This document shows positions 29,201-37,868 of a DNA stretch of 64,000 bases, piece by piece. The stretch comes from an uncultured Gammaproteobacteria bacterium. GTDB taxonomy: Bacteria; Patescibacteriota; Patescibacteriia; UBA9934; GWF2-40-263. The notes under the pieces are model-generated. The model was not told the origin of the DNA, made no database searches, and was given only the letters and a program-made list of their open reading frames with translations. Made by a program: the position numbers and the translations under genes. The DNA is taken from assembly GCA_964538435.1 (NCBI GenBank), contig CAZIDX010000002.1, positions 117,930-181,929 of the forward strand, in the 5' to 3' direction. Positions within the stretch are counted from its first letter, which is position 1; each line of letters opens with the position of its first letter.

Positions 29201-29755
29201 CTACACCGTCATGATTTCTTCTTCTTTTGCTTTACCAATTTCCCCTGCCTCATTATCAAACTCCTTTGTGAGCTTATCGATCTCATCAAGAAGCTTGAAC
29301 TTTTCGTCTTCGCTAATCTCTTTTGCTTTCTCAAGCCCATTCACCTCATCGCGCAAACCTTCTCGCACACCGCGCACACGAATACGCGCATCCTCAACCT
29401 TATCCTTCACAATCTTCACGATCTGAACACGATTCTCTTCTGTCATCTGAGGAATCATGATACGGATCACTTGTCCATCAACAACAGGACTAAGCCCAAT
29501 CCCTGAATCACGAATGGCCTTTTCAATTGCTTGAAGCGTTCCCTTATCCCAAGGCTCAATCACAAGCGTCTTTGAATCTGGCACCTGAACAGAAGCAAGT
29601 CCTTTGATCTCCATTTTTGAGTCATACACCTCAACGGGAATATCCTCAACCAACGCAGGATTTGCACGCCCAGTACGAAGAGCAGAAAGTTCTTTATGTA
29701 GCCGATCAATTGCGGCTGTATACTCAGGTTTCTTTTGTGTCAAAATTGCATGCAT
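29201..29755 (-). CDS. frr: Ribosome recycling factor
   Basis: LRTGRANP, IEPWDK, PQMTEENR. Confidence 0.97.
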   Translation of the reverse strand: MHAILTQKKPEYTAAIDRLHKELSALRTGRANPALVEDIPVEVYDSKMEIKGLASVQVPDSKTLVIEPWDKGTLQAIEKAIRDSGIGLSPVVDGQVIRIMIPQMTEENRVQIVKIVKDKVEDARIRVRGVREGLRDEVNGLEKAKEISEDEKFKLLDEIDKLTKEFDNEAGEIGKAKEEEIMTV

Positions 29756-29770
29756 AAATAATCATTATTC

Positions 29771-30820
29771 TTAATCAAGAGCCGAAGCTACACCGACATA
29801 TAACACGCTTGAGTCATCTGGGTCAACCAGCATTGCGCGTGGCACTCGAGAGCTATTAAAACGTTCAGTCTCCCAAGTCACTCCTCCATCAAGAGATCGA
29901 TAGAATGTAGAGCTGGCTGCATAGAAAAGCGTATTTGGATTTTCAGGATCCATGGCAACCGCACGAATCTTTATCTGACCAGACGACGTTACAAGCCTGA
30001 GCGTCTCCCAAGTTTCACCAAAATCCGTTGACTTATGAAGTCCGTATGTTGACGCTGCAATCACCGTCCCTGCATCTGCAGTCTGCACCAAAGCAGAAAC
30101 CTCATTTGCATCCTTCAGGCTCTCGATCTCACTTTCAACTTGATTCCAGCTGTCTCCGCGATCATCTGTGCGCCAAATCCCGTCTTGATAGGTTGAAACA
30201 AGAATGTTTCGACTATCTGCGTTGCTGACCAAAATTTCTGAAATCTCCTTGCCTGTTTTCAAAGACGTTCGCCATGTAGTTCCTTTATCCTCACTCTTTA
30301 GCACATCTCCGTTAGAAAGCCCTATCCAGAGCGTGTTTGAGTCGTACCAATCAGCTGCAACAACACCGATGTAGACACCTGTACGCGTCTCAACATAGGT
30401 TTCGCTATCAAACGAACGCATGCAATCTGTAGATTGATAAAGCCGCGAACCTCGCGCCGCATACACAGTGCAAACACTACTCGCATCAACAGCTACGTCA
30501 TACACAGTATCTGATTGCAATGCACTGTTCCTTGGTTGTCGCCATGAAACACCAGCGTCTTCGCTGTAAAGCATTCCATTGCTTCGTGTTCCAATGTAAA
30601 GAAAGTCTTTATCCTGAGGGTCCATTTTCATGGACAAGACATTTGAAGAGCTAAGCGTACCAATACCTTGCGCGGTAGGAACCAGGACAGTTTGTGCCCA
30701 ATCCTCACCCGCATTGAAGGTTTTGAAAATTCCGCCGTCAGATCCCCCTGAAGAGCTTGATCCAAAGCAACCAGCTCCAAGCAAGACGATCACACACGAC
30801 AGTGCGATAAGTTTTTTCAT
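29771..30820 (-). CDS. Lipoprotein with BNR/Asp-box beta-propeller repeats
   Basis: LGAGC lipobox; repeated SxDxGxTW. Confidence 0.85.
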   Translation of the reverse strand: MKKLIALSCVIVLLGAGCFGSSSSGGSDGGIFKTFNAGEDWAQTVLVPTAQGIGTLSSSNVLSMKMDPQDKDFLYIGTRSNGMLYSEDAGVSWRQPRNSALQSDTVYDVAVDASSVCTVYAARGSRLYQSTDCMRSFDSETYVETRTGVYIGVVAADWYDSNTLWIGLSNGDVLKSEDKGTTWRTSLKTGKEISEILVSNADSRNILVSTYQDGIWRTDDRGDSWNQVESEIESLKDANEVSALVQTADAGTVIAASTYGLHKSTDFGETWETLRLVTSSGQIKIRAVAMDPENPNTLFYAASSTFYRSLDGGVTWETERFNSSRVPRAMLVDPDDSSVLYVGVASALD

Positions 30821-30825
30821 AGTGT

Positions 30826-31770
30826 TTAAAAAGACAAGAACAAATGTTCTAAGGCTAAATGTGGATTGACATTATGGTGAGCAGCGCGGCGCACAGCATT
30901 CAAACGACCAAGAGCATCAATAATCTGATCATCCGTCTTTGCTACACCTGCTTCGTGCATGCAAAGCTCCTCGCAACCGATAAAACGCAGCAGCCCGTCT
31001 CGCAAAACCTCTTCTGCAGAATCCAGATGAGTGCTTAAGAGCCCGCGTTTATTCACCTCGCTCTTTGGGACAAGATCCGTGGCTGCGCGAAGACGCTCAG
31101 GCACACTTGATCCAAACGCAAGCTTCATTGCTTCAACACCTGTGGTCCGTTTTGCGTAAAACTCACTGTCTTTAAGTAGTCGAAGAGCGATCCCAGGCCG
31201 TCCAAGCGATTGAGCACTAGCAGGCTTTGCATCAGCTCGAGAAAAACCTTTCTTCACAACTCCTTCAACAATATCTTCCTGAGAGACAGGATAAAACCGA
31301 ATCACCTGACAGCGCGAAGCAATCGTCTCAAGCACAGACTGAGTAGACGGTGCGCGCAAGAACAGAAGTGTTTGCCCCTTTGGCTCTTCCAGTGTTTTCA
31401 AAAGTGCATTAGCCGCAGCATTGCTCATCTTATCTGCCTCCTCAATAACCGCTGCCTTCCACCCCCCTGCCATGGCACTCATCGAAAGCGAACGCGTGAG
31501 CTCACGAATCTGCTCAACCGAGACCTGAGTTTTGAGCTTCTCGGTTTTTTTGTCTTCAAGTCTGCGCACCCACGACATATCCGGAATTGCATCAAACGAA
31601 CCACTACCTTCAAAGAGCGCTTGAAGAAGCGCTTTAATAATCGTTGTTCGTCCAACCCCCTCTGCACCTACAAATAAAAACGCATGCGGAAGCGTATTAT
31701 TCGCCATCATCCGCTCCAAAATCGTCAAAATCCTCCCATGACCAATAACTCCCGCAAAGGGTTTTTGCAT
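30826..31770 (-). CDS. holB: DNA polymerase III subunit delta'
   Basis: HAFLFVG, AANALLKTLEEP, TIASRCQ. Confidence 0.9.
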   Translation of the reverse strand: MQKPFAGVIGHGRILTILERMMANNTLPHAFLFVGAEGVGRTTIIKALLQALFEGSGSFDAIPDMSWVRRLEDKKTEKLKTQVSVEQIRELTRSLSMSAMAGGWKAAVIEEADKMSNAAANALLKTLEEPKGQTLLFLRAPSTQSVLETIASRCQVIRFYPVSQEDIVEGVVKKGFSRADAKPASAQSLGRPGIALRLLKDSEFYAKRTTGVEAMKLAFGSSVPERLRAATDLVPKSEVNKRGLLSTHLDSAEEVLRDGLLRFIGCEELCMHEAGVAKTDDQIIDALGRLNAVRRAAHHNVNPHLALEHLFLSF

Positions 31771-31962
31771 ACGCACCCATTATAGCATGAAAAACAAAGC
31801 AAACCTGTGGAACCACTTAAGTGACGATCGGCACCTAAGTGACCCCTTGTTCAAATGAGAAAAAAATAACTTTGGGACAAAAGTCAAAGTGAGTAAACAG
31901 AATTGCGGACATTCTTTTTTGCTAATTTTAGCCAAATCTTCTCCAATTCCCACTCTTCAGTC

Positions 31963-31991
31963 TTGACAAAATTGACAAAATGTGGTAGACT
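31963..31991 (+). promoter_or_regulatory. sigma70-type promoter of the structured 32-36.5 kb unit
   Basis: TTGACA-17 nt-TAGACT with extended -10 TG. Confidence 0.65.
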
Positions 31992-32040
31992 GTGCCTACA
32001 ACATGAGAAGAAAGAAATTGCTTCTCGTACACTACAACTT

Positions 32041-32175
32041 AGATCTCTGGGGAGAGAGCCGATAAGACCACGGTAAATGGTCTTCAACAGGAATCTAGCA
32101 AAAGCTAGAAAGCCGGTTGTTGTATGTATCTGACTCACTCCACAGAAAGATGCATTCAACAACCGGCTTTTTCTT
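32041..32175 (+). ncRNA. Putative leader/attenuator RNA L2
   Basis: CTGGGGAGAGAG (32047-32058) identical to L1, two hairpins, then terminator-like stem AAAGCCGGTTGTTG/CAACAACCGGCTTT whose apex GACTCACTCCACAG is complementary to the 5' motif. Confidence 0.55.
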
Positions 32176-32310
32176 ATAGAAACATAGGGCGTTCATGATT
32201 GAGACCAATTTTGGTGAACGGGATGTCAGCGCCAGAGGCGTACTGAAACGTACGTCGACAAGCTGACAGGGACCCGTGAGCCAAAAGTGGGCCGATCAGG
32301 AATGCGCTTA

Positions 32311-32696
32311 TATCCAGTCTCATGGAGGAGAGAGAAAACCGTCCGAGGAACTTCTTTATGAAGAACCTTGGCGGCGATCACTGAATGGTTCCACTCGGTT
32401 TAACCCGCTTGCGGGTCCTAGCTGACTGAATCCATACGCCAAGTGATCACGAATGATACTCGAGCTTGCTCAAGTCACTCATTCACCCCTACCCCTCCAG
32501 GAGACTGCATATAACTTCCAACCGGGAAATTCGGAGGAGAGAGAAAACCCGTTCGATTGATCTCAACAGAGTGACATCGACGGTGAACATCAAATGGTTC
32601 GACTCGGCACGTCTGACTCGATCCATACTACCGATGTTCAAGATGTACACCAGCCCTCGGGCAGGTCACTACAATTTTCTTCTCCGGTTTCCCCGG
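32311..32696 (+). ncRNA. Tandem pair of homologous multi-stem RNA motifs (32311-32512, 32522-32696), family not recognised
   Basis: Shared GGAGGAGAGAGAAAACC, AATGGTTCsACTCGG, CTGACTnnATCCATAC and GTCACT, joined by stems that differ in sequence but keep pairing. Confidence 0.7.
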
Positions 32697-32759
32697 CCGG
32701 ACCTGATCAGTCCATTCCAAGCCGAGGGGTGCACCCAAACCGTTCGAGGAGGACTCCAC

Positions 32760-33029
32760 ATGAACACCCGCACCGCCACCACGACCGCCATCTCCGCCAC
32801 CTCCGTGACCATGAGCGACTGGCTCGCCGGTGACGTCGAAGATTTCAGCCTCATCGAGGCCGACATCGACGACATCGACACCGACGACTTCCACGCCACG
32901 ACCCTGGAGGAGAGCGTCGAGATCATCGCGGCCCTGGGCACCATCGCCCTGACCGCGGTGCTGATCGCCAGCACCTTCCCCAACATCACCGAGGCCGTCA
33001 CCGGCGGCCTGAGCTTCATCCTCTTCTAG
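32760..33029 (+). CDS. Small acidic protein with C-terminal TM helix
   Basis: GAGGAGGA RBS, ATG 32760, almost exclusively G/C-ending codons. Confidence 0.8.
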   Translation: MNTRTATTTAISATSVTMSDWLAGDVEDFSLIEADIDDIDTDDFHATTLEESVEIIAALGTIALTAVLIASTFPNITEAVTGGLSFILF

Positions 33030-33504
33030 AGGGAAGCTCGCCTGCTACTAGGTGCAGGCAACGGGGGCGACGCTAACGCAATTGCGTCGCCTATCCCAAT
33101 GAGAACTGGATCCATGCTTCCAGTGCTCATCAGGATACCGATCCTTACAAAGAATGATCTCCGCGACGCACGATTGAATCTCGATCCTGCATCGCGGAAA
33201 TCATCAAAGCAAATATCCAATCAGATCAAAAAGACTGCACACCTAAACACTGTTAACAAGAAACCTAATAGCGAAAGCGAACTGGAATCAAGTTAATAAG
33301 AATAGGCAGAGAAGTGAAGGGGGTGAAAAGGAGCTTCGGCTCCCAACCACAACCAGATCATCTCGCGTGCACCTTTCTGAACTGGATGGAGGAAGCTGAA
33401 GCTGATGGGCGTGGTGCCCACCCCGCAACAGTAGAGTAGGGCACCAGCCCAAAACAAACAGGCTGCCCAAAACAGTGGGTAGCACAGCGCACTGGAGTAC
33501 ACCC

Positions 33505-35148
33505 ATGACCACCTCCCCCGCCAACCTGACCTCCCCCGTCTGCACCGACGCCCAGGGCCGCGACTGGACCTCCGACGAGGCCAAGGCCCGCCGCGCCATG
33601 AAGGCCTGGGCGCGTCTCAACGGTCGCCGCCAGGAAGAGCCGAAGATTCGCGAGCTCCAGGCGTCCGAGGGCGGTCTGGGCTGGCACACCATCGGCGACG
33701 AGAACTGCTTCGACCTCGAGATCGACATGAACGACCGCGGCTGGTTCGAGATCGACCAGTTCGCCACCGACGAGGTCGTGTCCAACCTGATGGGCGTCGA
33801 GACCAGCACCAACATCGACCTGGCCACCGCCCTGACCGACGAGATCGTCCGCGACGAGGCCTGCCTCGACGCGATCCGCGTGCTCATCGACACCGTGGGC
33901 TACGCCCAGGCCATGTCCAAGCTCGAGGAGATCATCACGATCACCAAGGGCGAGGACGAGGACGGCCCCTACGTCGACATCGACATGGGTGACTTCCCGG
34001 CCATGGTCGAGGCATACCGCACGGTCGCGACCGACCCCCTGGTCACCCAGTGCGACATCCCGATCTGCTGGCTCGTCGGCTTCAACGGCGCTCCTCTGGG
34101 CGTCAACGGCCTGGCCACCATCGAGCAGGCCATCGACAACGCCGAAGAGCTCGACATCGACTGGCGCCTCTGGATCGAGGGCGACGAGGACGAGCAGTGC
34201 ACCGCCATGCACGTCGTCACCGAGCTCGCGTCCCGGCTGCAGGGCAAGGTCAAGCGCGTCCGCGCCCAGGCCGAGCGCGCCGAGCGTCAGGCCAAGGCCC
34301 AGCGCAAGGCCGCCGAGCGCGCCGAGCGTCAGGCCAAGGCCCAGCGCAAGGCCGCCGAGCGCGAGACCACCCAGAAGGTCGAGACCCCCAAGGTCGAGAC
34401 CGACTGGATGGGTCGCGTCCAGGGCCCCAGCGGCGAAGCCATGTTCCAGTGCACCGGCCGCCGGTACGTCCCGCCCGCCACCAACGACCAGAGCCCGTTC
34501 GGCGCCCAGGGCCCGACCGAGGGCACGCACGAGCTGTGCCAGGTCAAGGGCTCGGCCGACTACATGTACGTCGGCTCCCTGGACTCCATGTGGCGGCGTC
34601 AGAACCGCAACGTGGTCGAGGTCTGGCACCTGGCCAACCATGCGCTCTGCCCGAGCTGCATGGAGCGGATCTCCCGGTCCGTGGCCCGGAAGAACGGTGG
34701 CAACCGCCCGTTCTTCCAGACCGTCAGCGAGGCGATCGACCTCATCGAGGCCGAGGAGCGCAAGCTCGAGAACAACAACACGTTCTTGCGCACGCCCGGC
34801 ATGGACTCGTCCATGCGCGCCTCCCGGTTCGCCGTCAAGGTGGACTGGGCCGCAGACGACGCGTGGAAGACCCTGGCCAATCGCGCACCGAACCTGTCCG
34901 GCGCCCAGTGGGCGGCCCTGCGCCACTCGCTCCAGCTGGGCACCCTGGACCTGACGGTGCTCACGCGCCAGATCGTCCCAGGCTGGGAAGTCGACGGCGA
35001 CGCAGGCTACATCGGCTACTGGCTGATCTGCAAGCTCGAGCGCGACCAGGTCGCGTGGCAGAACCGCCAGCGCGAGCGCAGCGCCCGCAAGAACGCGCGC
35101 AACCGCCACGGCCGCGGCCAGTCGCACGAAGCGCCCTGGATGCGCTAG
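33505..35148 (+). CDS. GC-rich orphan protein with acidic N-half, duplicated coiled-coil repeat and possible Zn site
   Basis: GGAG RBS, extreme GC3, AERAERQAKAQRKA x2 (42-bp tandem duplication near 34270-34360), C..C..CPSC. Confidence 0.85.
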   Translation: MTTSPANLTSPVCTDAQGRDWTSDEAKARRAMKAWARLNGRRQEEPKIRELQASEGGLGWHTIGDENCFDLEIDMNDRGWFEIDQFATDEVVSNLMGVETSTNIDLATALTDEIVRDEACLDAIRVLIDTVGYAQAMSKLEEIITITKGEDEDGPYVDIDMGDFPAMVEAYRTVATDPLVTQCDIPICWLVGFNGAPLGVNGLATIEQAIDNAEELDIDWRLWIEGDEDEQCTAMHVVTELASRLQGKVKRVRAQAERAERQAKAQRKAAERAERQAKAQRKAAERETTQKVETPKVETDWMGRVQGPSGEAMFQCTGRRYVPPATNDQSPFGAQGPTEGTHELCQVKGSADYMYVGSLDSMWRRQNRNVVEVWHLANHALCPSCMERISRSVARKNGGNRPFFQTVSEAIDLIEAEERKLENNNTFLRTPGMDSSMRASRFAVKVDWAADDAWKTLANRAPNLSGAQWAALRHSLQLGTLDLTVLTRQIVPGWEVDGDAGYIGYWLICKLERDQVAWQNRQRERSARKNARNRHGRGQSHEAPWMR

Positions 35149-35525
35149 TGCGACCGCAGGCATGAGGCTCCCTGCATGAAAAGAAGCCCAAAGGGTACTC
35201 CTAAACCCTCCACCTGCTTGAAGGTGGTTAATCCGAGAGGATGGAGTTGAGCAGCCGCAAGCTTCTCGTAAAACCGAAACCGCCCCTGTACGCAACAGGG
35301 AGGACGGGCCGATCGCGTAAAAAACGATCGGCCATCCCTCAGAGAGGTTTAGACTCATGAAACAGTCTAGAAACCTCTGACCGGATAACCAGAACAACCA
35401 AGTCCGATTTTGTCACGGACTTTAGACCTACCAAACAAAAACCCATCCACCGACAAGGTGGAGATCAGTCTGGCCTTTAGCAAGCCAGAACGACAAACTG
35501 ATCAGATCCTTGAAGGAGGATGCTC

Positions 35526-36254
35526 ATGTCCCATCGCAACACCAGCCCCTTCGGCGCCCAGTCCAACCCCAACCGCCGTCGCAACCGCCGCCCCCGCCGC
35601 CCGACCTTCGAGATCTGCCTCAAGGCCCTCGCGGTGTACACGCGGTTCATCTTCATGAGCCGTCTCCCCCACCCGGCCGACGCCAGCGACGAGGCCAAGA
35701 ACACCCTGTTCACCCAGGCCACGGACTCCTACGTCCCCTGGGCCAAGGGCTCCTACGCCTCCGCCAACGGCACCCGCCTGTGGGCCCGCGGCATCGCGCG
35801 CGTGGACGGCACCGAGGACAAGCTCCAGGCCATGCTCGACGAGATCGAGAAGCCCGAGCTCGTGCGCGTCAAGCGCGGCAACGCCCTGACCACCAAGGTC
35901 AACGGCAAGCCCGTACCCTTGGCCGACCGCCAGGTGTACGTCCTCAAGGTCGCCGGCATGGCCCTGCTGCTGGGTTGCCACCCCAACAGCATCACCCCCA
36001 CCAACACCAAGTCCGCCTTCGCCAAGGACGACTTGGTGGGCCCCCAGCGGATCGGCACCCGCGCCAGCCAGGAACTCATCCAGCGCATCTTCCCGAGCGC
36101 CATGCTGGCCGAGTTCAACGCCGAGTTCGAGGCAGCGGCCCCCAAGGCCAAGGCCCAGAACAAGGTCGAGGACGGCGCCGAGGTCACCGAGCTCCCCACC
36201 CCGGCCCCGGCCGACACCTCCGTCAAGCCCGCTCCCGCGGCCGAGGCCTGCTAG
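35526..36254 (+). CDS. GC-rich orphan basic protein with Arg-rich N-terminus
   Basis: GAAGGAGGA RBS, extreme GC3, NRRRNRRPRRP motif. Confidence 0.85.
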   Translation: MSHRNTSPFGAQSNPNRRRNRRPRRPTFEICLKALAVYTRFIFMSRLPHPADASDEAKNTLFTQATDSYVPWAKGSYASANGTRLWARGIARVDGTEDKLQAMLDEIEKPELVRVKRGNALTTKVNGKPVPLADRQVYVLKVAGMALLLGCHPNSITPTNTKSAFAKDDLVGPQRIGTRASQELIQRIFPSAMLAEFNAEFEAAAPKAKAQNKVEDGAEVTELPTPAPADTSVKPAPAAEAC

Positions 36255-36490
36255 CATGGCTGGCTAGCAAAGCGAGGTGAAACGCGCTTAAAGGGGACGG
36301 CGCAGTGAAAGGAGAAATCCTGGATCTGCGCCGGCCCCTGAGGCAAACGAAAACGCAAGACCTGGCCAAACGCAAACAGCCAGGTCCGATCGTCAAAGCT
36401 GAGAAGTGTCTCACTTCTCGCCTCTGATGATCGCCAAGCGCGATTAAACGTTTGACCAATAAACCCTCTCCCCTTATTGGTCAGACATGC

Positions 36491-36519
36491 AAAAAACACG
36501 TGTATCCCACGTGTTTTTT
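36491..36519 (+). terminator. Intrinsic terminator closing the 32-36.5 kb unit
   Basis: AAAAAACACG-loop-CGTGTTTTTT. Confidence 0.75.
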
Positions 36520-36803
36520 GTTTGTATTTACTGATGACTTTTTTTCGCACCTACGAAAATTTGTCATCTTTTTCTATTCGTGTTTCTTAAATGAAACAAA
36601 AAACTTTGCAAGTTTCCAAATTTGTCAGTTCATTGACAAACCTTTGTCACTTGATATTGACAGTATGCTTAGTGTATGATATCCTCTATAGTCGTCTCGT
36701 GGTGGGATGACGTGGTTCCCGGCCTACCGGGAAAAAGAGAGTGACGCAGCAAAATAAAGAACTGTCAGGAGACTGCGCGTTGACTCTCGAAGGAGTTGGT
36801 GTG

Positions 36804-36950
36804 ATGAAGGAACTGATGCAAGGCCTTATGGCCATGCATGCCGCAGAGGCCACTCAAGCCTCACGCTACAATGGCATGAACACTGAAGACGACGTTGCAC
36901 GAGACCCGTTCAGCGTCACACCTTCGATGCACTGCTTTGGTGGCGATTAG
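36804..36950 (+). CDS. Putative small peptide (48 aa)
   Basis: AAGGAG RBS, upstream TTGACA/TATGAT elements; short, so uncertain. Confidence 0.4.
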   Translation: MKELMQGLMAMHAAEATQASRYNGMNTEDDVARDPFSVTPSMHCFGGD

Positions 36951-37071
36951 CTACCTTCATTCCTTATCCCCACAACACCACCACAAGACCAACAACACAA
37001 AAAGCACCTCAACAACGCCGAGATGCTTCTCCAACACGCGGGCCCATCCAAGGGCTCTTTCTGTTTGTAAA

Positions 37072-37839
37072 CTAATTATTCTCAGTCGCCTTCCAAGCAA
37101 GATTAAAAAGCGCCATCATCGCATCTGCAATTTCCTGATTAATAAGCACTGCAGCCATAATCGATGACTTGTGAGAAGCAAAGAACACATGACTTCCCCG
37201 AACAGTAATTTCACCATGAATTGGAAACTCACTTGCAGATATCTTTCGCGAATCTGCTGACACATCAATTGGCAACTCAGCATTCACATCATCAACAACA
37301 ACCAACGCACGGGCATTTACTCCTTCTGTTGCTCTCTGATGACGCAACTTTTTTAAGTGATCATCTCTTCCATGAACATACTCCTCAGATTTGAAAACAT
37401 CAGTAATCGGATAAATGTGAACGTAATCTCCTTTTAGCCTTTCAAAAATCTGCCTTGCAGTCTCAACTCCTTCAAAACCTTCGAGATACCTCACTTGCGG
37501 CTTTACCCCTTCAGCATTAAACATACCAACGAGCATTGGGAGCACCTTCTCAAGCTCACCCTGCTTTGCCTTTAGCGCATTCTGCTCGTGCTCAATAATC
37601 GAAAGCAGTCTCTCAGGACTCTCAGGTGAGTAAAACTTTTTCTTTCCTTTTGTGAATGTACTCATGAGCCCACGCGCGCTCAATGACTCAATCATGACAT
37701 ACGTAGTCGCACGATTCACTTTTGATTTATGCGAAATATCTTGCACTGAAGCCGGGCCAAGCTCAAGCGATGCCAAGTACACAGCTGTCTCCTTGTCTGT
37801 GAGCCCAAGCTGCTTTAATTCTGTTTTGATTTCTTCCAT
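37072..37839 (-). CDS. TrmB-family transcriptional regulator
   Basis: LGLTDKETAVYLASLELG...VNRATTY HTH; PQVRYLEG.EG. Confidence 0.9.
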   Translation of the reverse strand: MEEIKTELKQLGLTDKETAVYLASLELGPASVQDISHKSKVNRATTYVMIESLSARGLMSTFTKGKKKFYSPESPERLLSIIEHEQNALKAKQGELEKVLPMLVGMFNAEGVKPQVRYLEGFEGVETARQIFERLKGDYVHIYPITDVFKSEEYVHGRDDHLKKLRHQRATEGVNARALVVVDDVNAELPIDVSADSRKISASEFPIHGEITVRGSHVFFASHKSSIMAAVLINQEIADAMMALFNLAWKATENN

Positions 37840-37868
37840 AAAATTATGTTTGTTGATAACAACTGACA

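Noticed and set aside
33505-35148. RdRp or reverse transcriptase of an endogenous RNA element
   Set aside because: No recognisable polymerase motifs (no GDD or YxDD in context).
33358-36280. Long alternative-frame and antisense ORFs (33358-35397, 33989-34954, 34050-35165, 35502-36257, 35510-36280)
   Set aside because: Expected by-products of extreme GC3 bias. The frames with SD sites and normal amino-acid composition are 33505-35148 and 35526-36254.
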